A stretch of 64,000 nucleotides of DNA from Raja brachyura (taxonomy: Eukaryota): the NCBI GenBank assembly GCA_963514005.1, contig OY740809.1:14942001-15006000 (forward strand), in the 5' to 3' direction. Made by a program: the position numbers and the translations under genes. Below are positions 10,580 to 24,324 of this stretch, piece after piece. Position 1 is the first letter of the stretch. Each line of letters begins with the position of its first letter. Below the pieces are notes generated by a model. The model had not been told where the DNA came from and ran no database searches. It worked only from the letters and a program-made list of their open reading frames with translations.

Positions 10580-13500
10580 TAGAACATAGAACATATAGCA
10601 TTAAGCACAGAAACTGGTCCTGTTGTGCCGAACATGATGCCTAGATAAACTGATCTCGTGTACATAATCCATATCCTCTACTCCCTTGCACTTCCATGTG
10701 CCTATCTAAAAGCCTTTGTCATATCTGCCTCCACCACCATCATCGGCTCAATGTATTTTAAAAGAAAAACAATTAAAAGACAAAAAAATCTAGACCTGCT
10801 CATCATTAAACTTTCCCCTCTCACCTTAGCTATGCCCTCTAGTGTTGGAAATTTCAACACTGGCTGAAGGATCTTGTTGTCCACTGGCTCTCATAATTTT
10901 ATATACCTCAGTCAAATCTCTCCTCAATCTCTGACATTCCAGAGATGACAATCTAAGTCTATCCAACCTGGATAGGTGAAACCCTCTAATCCAGGCAGCA
11001 TTCCAGTAAACCACCTCTGCATCCTCTCCAAAGCCCCCATATCTTTCCTGTAATGGGCTGACTAGAACTACATGCAGTACTCCAGATGCGGCCTAACCAA
11101 AGTACTATGGATCTGTATTAGAACTTCCTGACTCTTATATTGAATGTGCCTAGAAATGAAGACAAGCATACCATATACCACCCTGTCTACTTGTGCTGTC
11201 ATCTTCAATGAGTAAAGAAAGCTCTCCAAGATCCCACTGCACTCCACTGCCATTGTCTCACCAATAACTGTATACTCTCTCCTTACATTCAACATCCCAA
11301 ACTGCAACAACTCACGCTTGCTTGGCTTAAACTCCATCTGCCATTTCACCACTCATTTCTTCTACTTAGTTTAGTCTACAGATATAGCGTGGAAACCATG
11401 GCACCAACTCTTCTTCTTATCGAGTCCACACACAAGATTAGAAGTCGTCCAGCCAGAGCTGAACTCACTTCCCGGTATATGCATACAATGGTGTCTTGTC
11501 TTGTTGCTTCTAGTGCTTCGTAGTGTAAACAGGGCCGCAACGTGAAAGCTCTTTCCTTGACCCCATACCACCAACTAATAATCACCCATAAACTAATTCT
11601 ATCCTGCAGTGCAGAGATAATTTGCAGAAGCCTATGAACCTACGAACCTGCACATCTTTGATATGTGGGGGGAAACTGGAGCAGCCAGAGAAGACCCAAA
11701 CGGTCACAGGGAGAACATACAAACTGCATACAGACAGCACCCATAATTAGGATCAAAACCGGTGTTTTGGCGCTGTAAGGCACTGCTGTGCCATGGTGCC
11801 GCCTGTGGACTATATCACGCTGTATCTTATAATAACATTCCTCACTGTCTGCAACTTTTCCAATTTTGGTGTCATCAGCAAACATACTCACCAACCCATC
11901 AGCAGAGGTCCCAACACAGATTCCTGCAGATCTCCACTGGTCACCGACCTCCAGCCAGAATATCTACCTTCCACCACAACTTTCTGACTTCTATGAATAA
12001 GCCAGTATTGAATCGATTGCGACAAAGTAATTGTGAATCCTGTACGCCTTAGACTTTTGGATCAGCCTACCACGAGGGATCTTATCAGAAAACCTTAAAC
12101 ACATGCACATATACAAGATCCACCACTATCTTCATCAGTCCCATTTGAACATCGTCAAAAGTCTCAAGTTCGTGTCGCATACAAAGCCATGCTGGCTATC
12201 ACTAATTAGCCCATTCTTCATAAATTCTTGAAGCAGCATTATGGCATTCGGTCCATCATGCCTACATCACCATTCAATCATGGCTATCTTTTCCTCTCAA
12301 CCCCATTCTCCTGCCTTTGCCCCATAACTGCTGACACCCTTACTAATCAAACATCTGTCAATCTCTGCCTTAAAAATATCGATGTCCCTAATAGCCGGCT
12401 TTGGACAAGAATTCCACAGATTCACCACACTCTGACTAAAGAAATTCCTCCTCATCTCCATTCTAAAGGTATGTTCTTTTATTCCAAGGATGTGGCATTT
12501 GGTCCTAGACTCATCCACAAGTGGAAACATCCTCTCCACTTTCACCCGAGCTAGGCTTTCACTATTTGGTAAGTTTCAATGAGGATCCCCCTCATCCTTC
12601 TGAACTTCAGTAACTACACAGGCCCAGTGCCTTCAAATACTCATCATATTTTAACGCAACCATTCCTGGGATAATTCTTGTAAATGTTCTCTGGACCCTC
12701 TCCAATGCCAGCACATCCTTCCTCGGATATGGGGCCCAAAACTGCTCACAATTCTCAAAATGCAGTCTGACCAGTGCCTTATAAAGCCTCAGCATTATAT
12801 CCCTGGTTTTGTATTCCAGTCCTCTCAAAATAAATGCAAGCATTGCATTTACCTTCCTTACTACCGATTTGACTTAAAAATAAACTTTTTGGGATTCCTG
12901 CACCAGCACTCCCAAATCCCTTTGCCCCCCTGATTTCTGAATTTTCTCCCCATTTCATAAATAGTCTACACCTTTATTCCAACCAACAAAATGCATGACT
13001 CTACACTGGGAGTAAATCTTATCTCAAAGCATTCTCTCCAATAGTTTGCCCATCACTAACATGTAGCTCAGTGGCCTATAGTTGCTTGGATACTCTCCAC
13101 TTCCTTTCTTAATCAAAGGAACAACGTTGGTCATTCTCCAATCCTCCGGGACCATGTCTGTTGTTAGAGAAGAAATAAAGATCCTTGTGGAGCCACCCAC
13201 AATCTCCTCCGATGTCTCCATCAATAGGATAGATCCCATCATGCTTGTGGACATTACCCTTAATGTTCTTGAAGTGTCTCAGCACTACCTCCTTCCTATC
13301 TCAAACTGCCTGATCATATTTCTATTCTCCACACTGATCTCTCTGTCCTCCACAACCTTGTCTCACCAGCATCCTCTGACTTCAAGCAGAGATTCCCTCT
13401 TTTATCTTTGAGCGGCCCTACCTTCTCCTTGCTGACCCGCTTATTTTTACTATATGTGTAAAAAGCCTTGGGATTTTCCTTAATCCATCTTGCCAATGGC

Positions 13501-13720
13501 ATTTCATGGCCCCTTTTGCCCCTTCTAATTGCTCACAAGTTCTTTCCTAATCATTTTATATTCCTCATAAGCCCCCTCAGATTCCACCTTCTTAAACCTG
13601 ACACACTCTTCCTTATTCTTTGTGACCAAGTTTACAACCTCAATGGTCGTCCACGCCTTGCCATCCTTATCCCTCCTCCTGACTGGAACATGCTGATCCT
13701 GCACTTTGATCAGTTTATTT
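10580..13720 (-). mobile_element. Nested CR1 LINE fragments
   Basis: RT motifs in several ORFs: PEDWRMTNVVPLIKKG..NYRPLS, SMFADDTKIG, WQMEFKPSK..LVRPHLEYC, LYKALVR..WAPY, SRTKCHILGIK..RRNFFSQ. A second CR1 3' piece lies at ~12230-13005. Confidence 0.85.
11366..11802 (-). mobile_element. V-SINE inserted in CR1, itself interrupted at 11410-11568
   Basis: V-SINE head and tail present. The 159-bp insert has 8-bp TSD caccaact (11402-11409, 11569-11576) and a (GAA)n end on the minus strand. Confidence 0.7.
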
Positions 13721-15984
13721 TATAATATGTAGGTTTTTTTTAACCTTTCCCCGGCATTTTCCTTGGCATTATGACCAAATATAATTTTAGAGTATGGTAT
13801 CGTGTAAAAATAAAGTCCATAGACTTCACAATGATGTTATCATTTATTTAATTACAGAAAATGAAGAATTTCTGATGGTCTTTTAAGTAGGAAATGTCCT
13901 GCTCCATGTATTTTATTAAGAAGTTGCTGCTTAGCAGCTCCACTCAATGGACTTCCAGCACTCGTTTTTTATTTTACTTGTACTTTCTGCGCTTTTGAAG
14001 GTAATAACATTCATGTGTGTTAGCGTGTCCCTGAAGACCCATTTCCTTGCTTCAACCACTAACTTTATTTCTGGTCACTGAGAGATAACAAAACTACTTA
14101 TTTAATACATTGATAAAAACTGTTGGCAATGCTTAGCATATTCATGAGCCTCTGTAAGGGGGGGGGGGGGGGGGCACTGTTCACTGCTGCAGTTGTTGCT
14201 CAACAAAATATTCTTGTTCATTAATAATTTCTGAATAATGTAATGTTTTTAGTTTAAGAACTGAAATTGTCTGCATTATTTAGTAAGTGTCTCTGAGTGA
14301 GTCATCTTGTTTTGGTGGTCAGCATGGACGGTAGACTGAAGGGCCTGTTTCCTTGCTGCCTTTCTAAACTAAAGTGCAGAAATCTTTACAAGGATCTCAA
14401 TCACTGGAAATATTCTGCCCTTTTCTGTATGGATTTAAATGACGTGATTTGGCCCATTGGCAGTACTACTAATTGCTATGCTGTTTACTTTCTATTTTGC
14501 GATAGTGCAAAGAAATTCTGCAGAGAAAATACATACTATCACTTTGACATCTCCAAAATATATTTACCTGCTTTCCGTATAACCATTTCCCTCAGCCATG
14601 TTGACTTTGCTTCCTCATCTGGTATCAAGTAGAATGTGGATGTCCTTGTAATGAAGCAGAGAAAATTAACAGGAAGGTATTGCAAGCAATTAGGAGCAAC
14701 ATGGTATATTAGTCTTTATTGCAAGGACATTTGGCTATAAAAATAAGAAGTCCAGAAATTCTATTATACATTGATGTTTTATGCACCACTACTCCAACAA
14801 CCAAGAAATTAAACATCATGCAGGATAAGGTAAATGCAAATACACTGGGAATTGGCATGTTTATTCAGGAGTACACTTTGGTTGAGAAAGCTGAATTCAA
14901 TACAGTTCAATTTGGAACCTTATTATTTCTAAATTAATTTGCATTTCTACTACATAGCCAGGATCTCTTCCTAATTTTACCTCCCACTATGAATCTAGAT
15001 GGAATATAATTTAATGCACCACTGCCCATTTAATATCGTATTTAAGTACCTGAAACCACCATTATGCTGACAGTCACTTAAAGAAGATTTGAGTGAAATG
15101 TTGAAATTATTCATTAGTTGATCCCATTATATATCTGTTCAACCTGTTTGGGTACAGTTCTATAGAATATAAGATATGGAACAAAGCCTTTCCTATACTG
15201 TATGCAGAAACAAGGAACTGCAGATGCTGGTTGGTGTCCTCTTCCATATATACATATGCCTTGCTCCAACGCAATTCTACCTGATCTCTGAGCTCAGCAT
15301 TGCTTCCCTGCACTAAATCCATATTCTTTGATTATTTTAATACCAAAAGAGCATATTCATTGTTCAGTGGTGCTTTTTGTTGTCACAAGTGCTAACACAG
15401 TGAAATTATTGTTGAGTAGAGTATTGCCATGCCCACAATCCTCAATTAGCAAGTGTACAGAAATAGTCTACTAAAAGAAAGCTTATAGAAAAATGTTACA
15501 TTATGGCAGAGGACCTTGTTGAATTGCAATGTATTTGATCCAATTTCACTTAACATCAACATTTGAGAAGTAATTTATGTGGGCATTTCAAATGGAAAGT
15601 TTCATGGACACTGAAACCTGTCCAACTTTATCCACTCTTATTTATTAATTTGAATTTAAATCATGTAGTAGCCATTGGAAATATGGAGATTAATAATGAA
15701 ATCATCATAAGTATGACTAGATTGGAATTAAAAATTGCGATTCAAATTGCCCAGCATTCCCTGGAAAAATTAACCCATTCCTCCAAAACTGGAAAGTAAT
15801 TAGTCTGGGTCATTATCTCCTGCTGGCTATTGGATGGTCCATAAAATAATCCCATTGGGGTAAGTGCTCCTTTCTTATTTGAGCTCAACCCAATGTGTCC
15901 TCTCTACATGAGGCTGTGACATTCTCCCTGATTTGCAAAGCAACTCATTTATCTCTCTCACACTCTCTCTCTAACTCATCTGAA

Positions 15985-16860
15985 ACATCGAAACCCAGGC
16001 ACGTTGAGCTGCCAGTTGATTCCCTCCAGCAGCCATGTTTCTGTCATGTCTATAACATCATAATTCCAAGCACTGATCCAGGCTCTGCTTTCATCAGCTT
16101 TACCTGCAATGCTCCTTTCATTGAAGTAAACGCACTTCATTATCCCCACGTTTGTTAACCTTTCCCAACCTGTTCTTCATTTGAGATTTATTTATCACAA
16201 GCTCCAATTTCTCATCAGCCCTTCCCTTTGCTGATTTGCTGTTCTGGTTCCCACCCCCATGTCATTCCAGTGAACCTCCCTGCAAGGATGTTGCTGCCTC
16301 TCTGGATTTGAGCGCAACCTGCCCCTCGTACAGGTCACACCTTCCCCAAAAGAGATCCTAATGGTCCAAGAATCTGAATTCCTGTTCTCTACACCAACTC
16401 CTCCAACACACATTCATCTGTCCTATCGTCTTATTACTATCCTCACCAGCAAGTGACACCAGAATAGAATAGAATATAGAATAGAATAGTTTCTTTATTG
16501 TCATTGTAACATGAACCATGTACAACTAATTTAAAAATGTCAGCCAGTCAGTGCACCATTCAAACCATAAAAGCTAACGATACATACAAGGTAAAATATT
16601 AAAAAGATAAACAACTAAAATAAATATGAAATATGAAAATAGCACGCATAAACACCCAACCCTACATCCCTCTGTCGATTTCACAGTGTACCAACCACAG
16701 TTCCTTAGTCCCCGCATTAACACCAGCATTAATCCCGTGATTACCACCCCTGATACCCTACATTTTAACCTTTTTCCTAACTCCCTACATTCACTCCGCA
16801 GGACCTCATCCTTTTCCTACCTATGTCAAGTACCGATGTGCACAAAGACACCTGTGCTCA
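15985..16860 (-). mobile_element. CR1 ORF1 (esterase-like) and ORF2-start fragments, interrupted by a LINE tail (~16460-16690)
   Basis: Minus-strand EFRFLDH*DLFWGRCDLYE and LVHIGT*HR match CR1 ORF1 SGNH-esterase motifs. An (agaat)n tail marks the interrupting element. Confidence 0.55.
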
Positions 16861-17227
16861 CCCTCTCCCTTATCGGACCTTATCTGACTTCAAGGTTGTA
16901 TCTTGCACTAAATGTTGTACCCATTATCCTTTGTCTGTGCACTGTGGAGGCTTGATTGTATTCATGTATAGTCTTTGACTGGATAGCACGCAAAGAAAAG
17001 CTTTTCAATGTACCTCGGTACACATGACAATAATATATCTGTCTCGATTCAGTGAATTGTTGGATACCATCAGCTAAATGCAGTAAGTCATCGAATGCTG
17101 TTAGATGTAGTAGTATATGTTTTGGCAAGTTTGCTTGCAGAGAACCTGGAAATATTGAGTACATTTGTATTTTCGTTGGGAATTGGTTCGGAGGGATTTT
17201 TAACATTTAAATATGATCATGTTGGAG

Positions 17228-17500
17228 TAGTTTAGTTTAGATATACAGCATGGAAATGAGTCCTTCAGCCCACCAAACCCACAGTGACCATCAATGTAAT
17301 CTAGTTCTATATTATCCCACTTTTGCATCCTATGCTCTAGGAGCAATTTACAGAAGCCAATTAATCTACAAACCTGCACCTCTGAGATGTGGGAGGAAAC
17401 CGGAGCACCCAATTACAGGGAGAATGTACAAACTCCACACAGATAGCACTCGAGGTCAGGATCAAACCAATGTCTCTAGAGCTATGAGGTAGCAGCTCTA
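17228..17500 (-). mobile_element. V-SINE
   Basis: Same V-SINE unit as above. Confidence 0.75.
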
Positions 17501-18829
17501 CAATTATCAGGAGTTACAACTTGAGTTGCCAACGTTTGATGTTTGGGATTGACCTGCCTTGTCATTGGGCAAATTGATCTTGCTTTGATAACTTGTATAT
17601 TGAATAATTTATCAGCTGACTCGTTTTTATACGGTCTGTAAGGATTGATGCCACCTTGCAAGACTATTTTTGCATTATCACTATTCATGAAAATGATTAA
17701 AGAAATGCTTGAGATTCTCTTTCGTTGCTCCAAGGCCAACCATCCCAGCTGATTTGCACATTTTCTTTACCAAACTGTAAGTTGTCAACCTTTGAATCAT
17801 TCTAGAAAGGTATCCTGTCCATCTCTTATTTCCTTATGACATAAACATGGGTCATTTGGTCCTCCATATCTGTGCCAGCACTGAAGTCATTCTCGCTATT
17901 CTCCCGCAAATGCCCATCATTTCTCTGCCATAAGTTACCTAGGCTACATTACATTTCCATCAGCATTATATTTAGGCTGTGAGAGGAAATGAAAGCACTC
18001 AGGGGAAACCCACGTGGTGTCAGAAATGTGCAAATTCCACAGAGACTGCACCTGTAAGAGCTGTGACATTGCACCTCTACATGCTGTGGCTAATGAGTGG
18101 CGCCCAGCATTGGACTCAATACTGCAGCTGGAGTCATGCTGAGCTAAAGTTCCTGTCTTCTATTCCTGTTATCTCCCATTTGTGATATATAGTTTGCAGC
18201 ATCTTTACACATCAATTCAAGTACTCTCCTAATGCTGCTGAAAGATTTAAAGGCCCAGATTTGCAGTCAGCTGAGAGCCACTTCAGCTCGTTGCTGCACT
18301 TGGAATTATTTTTTATCTCAATTTATTTCCTATCGCTGTGCAGAAACTGACTGGACAAAGGCAATCCACAAGAGTAGTCATGCTGTCAGAAAGGACCTTC
18401 CTCCTCCAAGTCTATAGTGTGGAGGGGCCAGAAAAAATATTAAACATACTTTACCAAAAAAACCTGATTCATGACTGAGCCACATAGCATGACTTGACTG
18501 CACGTCAAAGCTGCCAAAATCTCTGTGTTCCTTAAGATTTTGAATTTTTCATAACATTTAAAAATATAACTATAATAATCTGTATTAAAAATCCAAAACT
18601 TAAATTTAAGCAATGAAAGCACAAATATTTAAGTAATGAAAACATTTGGAGGAGCAGAATATAGTGGAGAGCTAATAGAAGAAGGAGATTCCAGGAATAT
18701 CTGTATCCTCTAACAGCAGATGCAGAGATGAGAATAGAAGACAAGGCTGAAGCATCCACTGTTATAAATGTCAAATATATGATCCACCTGGTCAGCCTCC
18801 TGAGCTCCCCACCAAGGCAGAAATCAGCC

Positions 18830-20200
18830 TTCCGCCAGTTTAATGCAATTCTCGTGGTATTAAGTACAAAAGCTCTGGAACTTAGGAACTATCTTCCAGC
18901 ACCAGCCGTGGTTCCAGTAAATTGATAATATTAGCATTGAGTGACACTGTGGAAAATGTCTCGGGCATATCCTATTCACAAATAGCAGGCAAAATCCAAG
19001 AGAGCTAATAATTGACCAATCAATCTACTCTCGTTTATCAGCAAAATGATGGAGGCTGCTGCCCATAATGCAGTCAACTGGTTCTTGTTCAGCAATAACT
19101 TGTTAACTTGTGCCCTATTTGGGTTCAAGAATTCAATTTATTGCCTGACCTTTGCCAAAGAGCTGAATTTAGAGATGAGGTGAGAGTGCCTGTCTTTGGC
19201 ATCAAGGCAGCAAGCAACCCTTGTAAAACTCAAGATAGGCACAAAATGCTGGAGTAACCCAGTGGGACAGGATGCATCTTTGGAGAAAACATGGAAACAT
19301 AGAAACAAAGAAACATAGAAATTAGGTGCAGGAGTAGGCCATTCGGCCCTTCGAGCCTGCACTGCCATTCAATATGATCATGGCTGATCATCCAACTCAG
19401 TATCCCGTACCTGCCTTCTCTCCATACCCTCTGATCCCCATAGCCACAAGGGCCACATCTAACTCCCTCTTAAATATAGCCAATGAACTGGCCTCAACTA
19501 CCCTCTGTGGCAGAGAGTTCCAGAGACCCACCACTCTCTGTGTGAAAAAAGTCCTTCTCATCTCGGTCCTAAAGGATTTCCCCCTTATCCTTAAGCTGTG
19601 ACCCCTTGTCCTGGACCTCCCCAACATCGGGAACAATCTTCCTGCATCTAGCCTGTCCAACCCCTTAAGAATTTTGTAAGTTTTTATAAGATCCAAAAGG
19701 AATGGGTGATGTTTCAGATCAAGACCCTTCTTCAGAAAACTGGTAAAACTGGTGTCCGTCAAAGGGAAATACTCCAGTGGTCAGTCGTACCTCAAACAAA
19801 AATATAAATGGTTGTAGGTTGATCACCCCAGCTATTGGACTTCTTAGCAAGAGTTCCTCAGGCCAGGACCTCGGCTCAACCATCTTCAGCTGCTTTATCA
19901 ATGGCCCGACTTTCAGCATAAGGTTGGGAGGAGGAATGTTTGCTGATGGATGAGCAATGTTCATTTCCATTCGCAACTTCTCAGCAAATGAAGCTGTTTG
20001 TCTCTGCGGGCAGCAAGGCCAAGATAATTTTCAAGGCAAGGATTCATAAGTTGTAGCTGATAATTTTCCCCATCAAAATGTCAATGAGTATCTCCAACAA
20101 GAGAGAACCTCCTATCCTTAGGATTTATGGAAACTGCCATTGCAGAGTTCCCTATTGCAGGTATTTATTCAACACCACTTTGGGGGTTACCCTGGACACA
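18830..20200 (+). mobile_element. Old CR1/L2-group RT fragment, interrupted
   Basis: Degenerate WK....PIHK...N*PINLLSFISKMME, QFGF and LGPTIFSCFIN..RMFAD motifs. Confidence 0.5.
19231..19742 (-). mobile_element. Penelope terminal repeat split by a young CR1 3' end (19290-19695)
   Basis: Repeat halves at 19232-19289 and 19696-19736, flanked by gtaaaact. The CR1 ORF reads LIKTYKILKGLDRLDAGRLFP..TRGHSLRI..RRTFFTQRVV with an (agaaacat)n tail. Confidence 0.8.
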
Positions 20201-20209
20201 ACTGATGTT

Positions 20210-20508
20210 TAATTTAGAGATACAGTATGAACACAGGCCCTTTGGCCCAACGAGTCCACGCTGACTGTCAATCACCCCCCCAGTTCTATGTTATCCCACA
20301 TTTGCATCCTACACACTAGGAGAGATTTACAGAAGTCAATTAACCTATAAATCTGCACGTCTTTGGAGGATACCAGAGCATCTGGAGATAACTCACGTGG
20401 TCACAGGGAGAATGTACAAACTCTGCACAGACACCTATAGTTGTGATCAAACTCGGGATTCTGGCACTGTGAGGCAACAGCTCTACCCACTGCACCATTG
20501 TGCCTCCC
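20210..20508 (-). mobile_element. V-SINE
   Basis: Same V-SINE unit. Confidence 0.75.
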
Positions 20509-21655
20509 TAGAACTGGATCAGCTGCATAAAAAAACCTGCTAAAGAATTCTGCAGTGAGTGGATCACCGTCTGAGATCTCTCAATTTCCTTTTTATAGCT
20601 AATTTGACATTAAGTTTAACGGCTGTCAATTCCTGGTTAAATACTGTGCTGATTATTGATAATTCTTCAGTCTAATTTGTTAAGGAGATGCACAGTTGCT
20701 GGCCCTGTGCCCAAAAGCTTCAGAAGGAACATTGGCTGATGGGGGACATCGGTTTCAAAATCTCACAGGAGACCTATGAACAAGTCATTTGTTCACTACT
20801 GACTGCTAAGTGCAGGCTGGTAATCTTATTCCAGTGAATCATAAACAGATCATAAATTTTAACATCATTAAATTTCACGATGTTCTCCAATTGCTTGCCA
20901 ACATTTTGGCAGAACATCAGCAGTAACCCCAGAATAATGGAGTCCAGTCGCATCATTTTTTTCAGGGAGTAGAAGATAGAAGTAAGAGTAACCATGTGGT
21001 TCCTGGGAATTATTCCACCAGATGCTGCTTGTCCCACTGAGTTACTCGAGTATTTTGTGTCTATCTTTGATTTAAACCAGTATCTGCTGTTCCTTTCTAC
21101 ACATACTGTATACTCAAGACCTCAATGCCTCTCACCCTCTGAGGTAGGATAATAAAAAAAATTGCAACTCCCTGAAGAAATGTCTCCTCATTTTGGTTTT
21201 TAATGTCTGACACTTCACCACAAGACCTGTGTCCCATTGGCTCCAACTGTCCCTGTTAATCTCTCTCTGAATCTCGAACAGCACCACAAGATCACCTTTG
21301 GAGTTTCTACTTATCATTACTAAGCTTTTATTCTAGAAAATACAAATCATATCTTAGACTTAGCAGTTAAACAGGTATCGGAAGTGAAAGAGAAACCCAG
21401 GACATTTGAGATATAACGGCTTGGGTAAATTTAGAACAGGGCAATTTAACAAGATAATTAATTAATTATTACTATTTTGTCCAACCATTAACAACTTCTG
21501 TTGGCGATCTAAGATTGGCCCTCATCTCGGGAAAAAAAATAATTAGTTGGTTCTTTTAAGGCTATTTTTAGGAATAATTAGGAAAAATCTTGGAAATGTT
21601 ATCTCCATTTCTTTGTAAAAATTATAGCGCATCATTCATACTCTTTCATATCTTT

Positions 21656-21871
21656 GTAGGAAGGAACTGCAGATGCTGGTTTAAACTGAAGATAGATACA
21701 AAATGCTGGAGTAACTCAGCGGGACAAGTAGCATCTCTGGAGAGAAGGAATGGGTGACTTTTTAGGTCGAGACTAAAAAGAAGGGTCTCGACCTGAAAGG
21801 CCAATCATTCCTTGTCTCCAGAGATGTTGCCTGACCCGCTGAGTTACTCCATCATTTTGTGTCTATCTTCA
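21656..21871. mobile_element. Palindromic Penelope terminal-repeat insertion
   Basis: Inverted arms of about 85 bp; 11-bp TSD ttcatatcttt (21645-21655, 21872-21882). Confidence 0.85.
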
Positions 21872-22188
21872 TTCATATCTTTATTTTGTTTGATAATGCT
21901 TCCATCAAGAAATTTGAAATTATTTACTACATTTAAATTTCTACTTAAATGCAGGTCATGGTTTTAAACCAAAAAATTGATTGATAAGTTCCTATTTATT
22001 TCATTTTCAAGAGTTAATTAGTTACTCTCAAGATAGTTTAAAATGCAGCACATTTCAGAAACTTGGTCAAGATTTAAATTCTGAAGCTCTCCAGTTGACT
22101 CTTTTTGGGGATTAAGAAAAACATGTAATGATCATATTGGACTGTTATCTAACTGAGTTGATCCTGTAAATATTTGGAATTTATTAAG

Positions 22189-22283
22189 GGTTACACAAAA
22201 AGCTGGAGAAACTCAGCGGGTGCAGCAGCATCTAAGGAGCGAAGGAGATAGGCGACGTTTCGGGTCGAGACCCTTCTTCAGAC
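22189..22283 (-). mobile_element. 95-bp Penelope-derived mini-element with hammerhead core
   Basis: 14-bp TSD tggaatttattaag (22175-22188, 22284-22297); nearly identical to 44727-44820. Confidence 0.85.
22254..22281 (-). ncRNA. Minimal type I hammerhead ribozyme core
   Basis: CTGAAGA-A-GGGT(CTCG)ACCC-GAAAC-GTC gives CUGANGA, stem II, GAAA, palindromic ACGT stem III and a GUC triplet. Stem I pairing is short. Confidence 0.65.
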
Positions 22284-22348
22284 TGGAATTTATTAAGACA
22301 GATTTGAGAATGCATTTGAAATGTTGAAGAGTTTCCCTTAGCCCTAAC

Positions 22349-22440
22349 CAGTCTGAAGAAGGGTCTTGACCTGAAACATCACCCATTCCTTCTCGCCACA
22401 GATGCTGCTTGTCCCGCTGAGTTACTCAAGCCATTTGTCT
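22349..22440 (+). mobile_element. Penelope terminal-repeat fragment
   Basis: gtctgaagaagggtcttgacctgaaacatcacccattcc...gagttactc. Confidence 0.7.
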
Positions 22441-23034
22441 CTAAATAAAATGACCGTACGAAGACGAAGAAATTGGCCAAGGCTTCATGTCCCAGAGTTC
22501 CTGGCGGATGTCAGTTCCATTGCACAGATCCGTTGTGGTTGCTACACAAACATAGACTTGTGACAGCTTTTCACTGACAGTGGACTGACACTTGACTTTT
22601 CCAGAGGCTTGCTGTAAGGCCTGAACACGCTGTAATTTCCCAGAAGTTACAGTGAGATATCTGCCTGCTGAGCCTCTGTCCGGTCTGCTAACCCCATTTA
22701 TTTCAGTGGAGAGGAAGAAAAGGACAAGAAGTGTTTGTGAGTTTGATTTTATGATTTTTTTAATTAAAAAAAAGGATTTAAAGTTCAAATTTTTAAAACC
22801 TTTTAAAGTTTAATGTAAGTTCTTTCATTAATCTTAATAGTCTTTGAATGTTTATTCATGTCGGGAACATTAGAAAGTATTAATATCCTTGTTAGGTTTG
22901 ACTTTCACTTTAACCAACTTTCATTGTCTTGATGGAAGATCATTGACCTGCAACTTTAATACTATTATGTCTCCACAGATGCAGCATGACTTGCCGAATA
23001 TCAACAATATTTCATGTTCTGATTTCAGATTTCT

Positions 23035-23318
23035 AGTTTGGTTTAGAGACACAGTGTGGAATCTTCGGCCCTGTGAGTCGCATTCACCCACACATTAACA
23101 CTGTCCTACAGCCTAGAGATCACTTTACTGAAGCCAATTAAACTACAAACCTGTACATCTTTGGAATGTGAGAGGAAATCAGAGCACTCAGAGAAAACCT
23201 ATGTGGTCGTAGGGAGAATGTACAAACTCTATACAGACAGCACCTGTAGTCAGCATTGAATCTGGGTCTCTGGCGCTGTAAGGCAGAAACTCTACAGTGT
23301 AATACACTGTGACGCCCC
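23035..23318 (-). mobile_element. V-SINE
   Basis: Same V-SINE unit. Confidence 0.75.
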
Positions 23319-24324
23319 GAGTATTAGTTTTATGATTTTTATAGAACAGAGAACAGTACTGCAAGGAAACATGTCTGCACCAACCATGATGCTAATCTAA
23401 CTAATCATATCTGCCTGCACATATCTGTATCTCCCTATTCCCTACTTTAATCCAAATTCTTTGCCTTTGTTTACCTTTAGATGACATTCATCGTGTTGGG
23501 TGAACCAACTTTCTGGGAGTTCCTATTTCTTCCCTGGTGGTGGGAACCTCTTGGTTTTGTTTGAATATGATGTAATATTTTCAGATCAGGCATTCCATTA
23601 CTGATTCTTTTTATATTTTCACAATATGGCTGTCAGTGATAACAGAAAATGGTGCTAATGGAAGAATAGTACTCATTAATAAAAGGAAATATCTCAATAT
23701 GCAGAGAATTTAAGAACAGATGCTCAAAGGTGTCAGTGTAAATAGAAAGCTCAGTTTATAGCTTTATGTTGCTAATTATTTAAAACATTATATTAGCATA
23801 AAGGTTATCGATTAATCTTTCCTTTGTTGGCTGAAGCCTGTAGAATAGAGCGTTTTTTGGAACACATGCTTTCTTCTGGAATATTTTGCTTTAAATCACT
23901 TAATGTCCTGTTTAAAATTTGGACATGTTTGTGGGGGTACTTTGGCAGGTAGTTTTGAGGAATTAAAATAAAAAAAGTGATTAACCTTATCCGTTATACA
24001 TGGGTAATATAAAAGCTCAGAGCATTCATATTTATTTGAGCTTTGCCTATCCACCATAATTAGAATTTGCAGAATTTCCATTGTATTAACCATACTTTAT
24101 GAAAGGAATATGCATTTCCTTTCAGCTCCATATACAGCTCCTTTCAGAACCTCATGAAATCCTTCACACTTGCACAGGCTGTGGTGAAATTGTCAATAGG
24201 CAGGAAACCAGTCTGTGCATCACAAGCGATAGTGTGAGAATGACCAGATTTTTTTAATTAATTTTAATTTGAGCATGAATATTTGCATAACACTGTAGAA
24301 TACTTCACAGAACAAATCATGCCA

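Noticed and set aside
14158-14174. Poly-G/C tracts (also ~6637, ~32036, ~44975, ~48523)
   Set aside because: Homopolymers common within these repeats and prone to sequencing error; no evidence of function.
22441-22788. 115-aa minus-strand ORF in non-repeat sequence
   Set aside because: No known motif and a low-complexity start. It may be non-coding conserved DNA, but I cannot show that.
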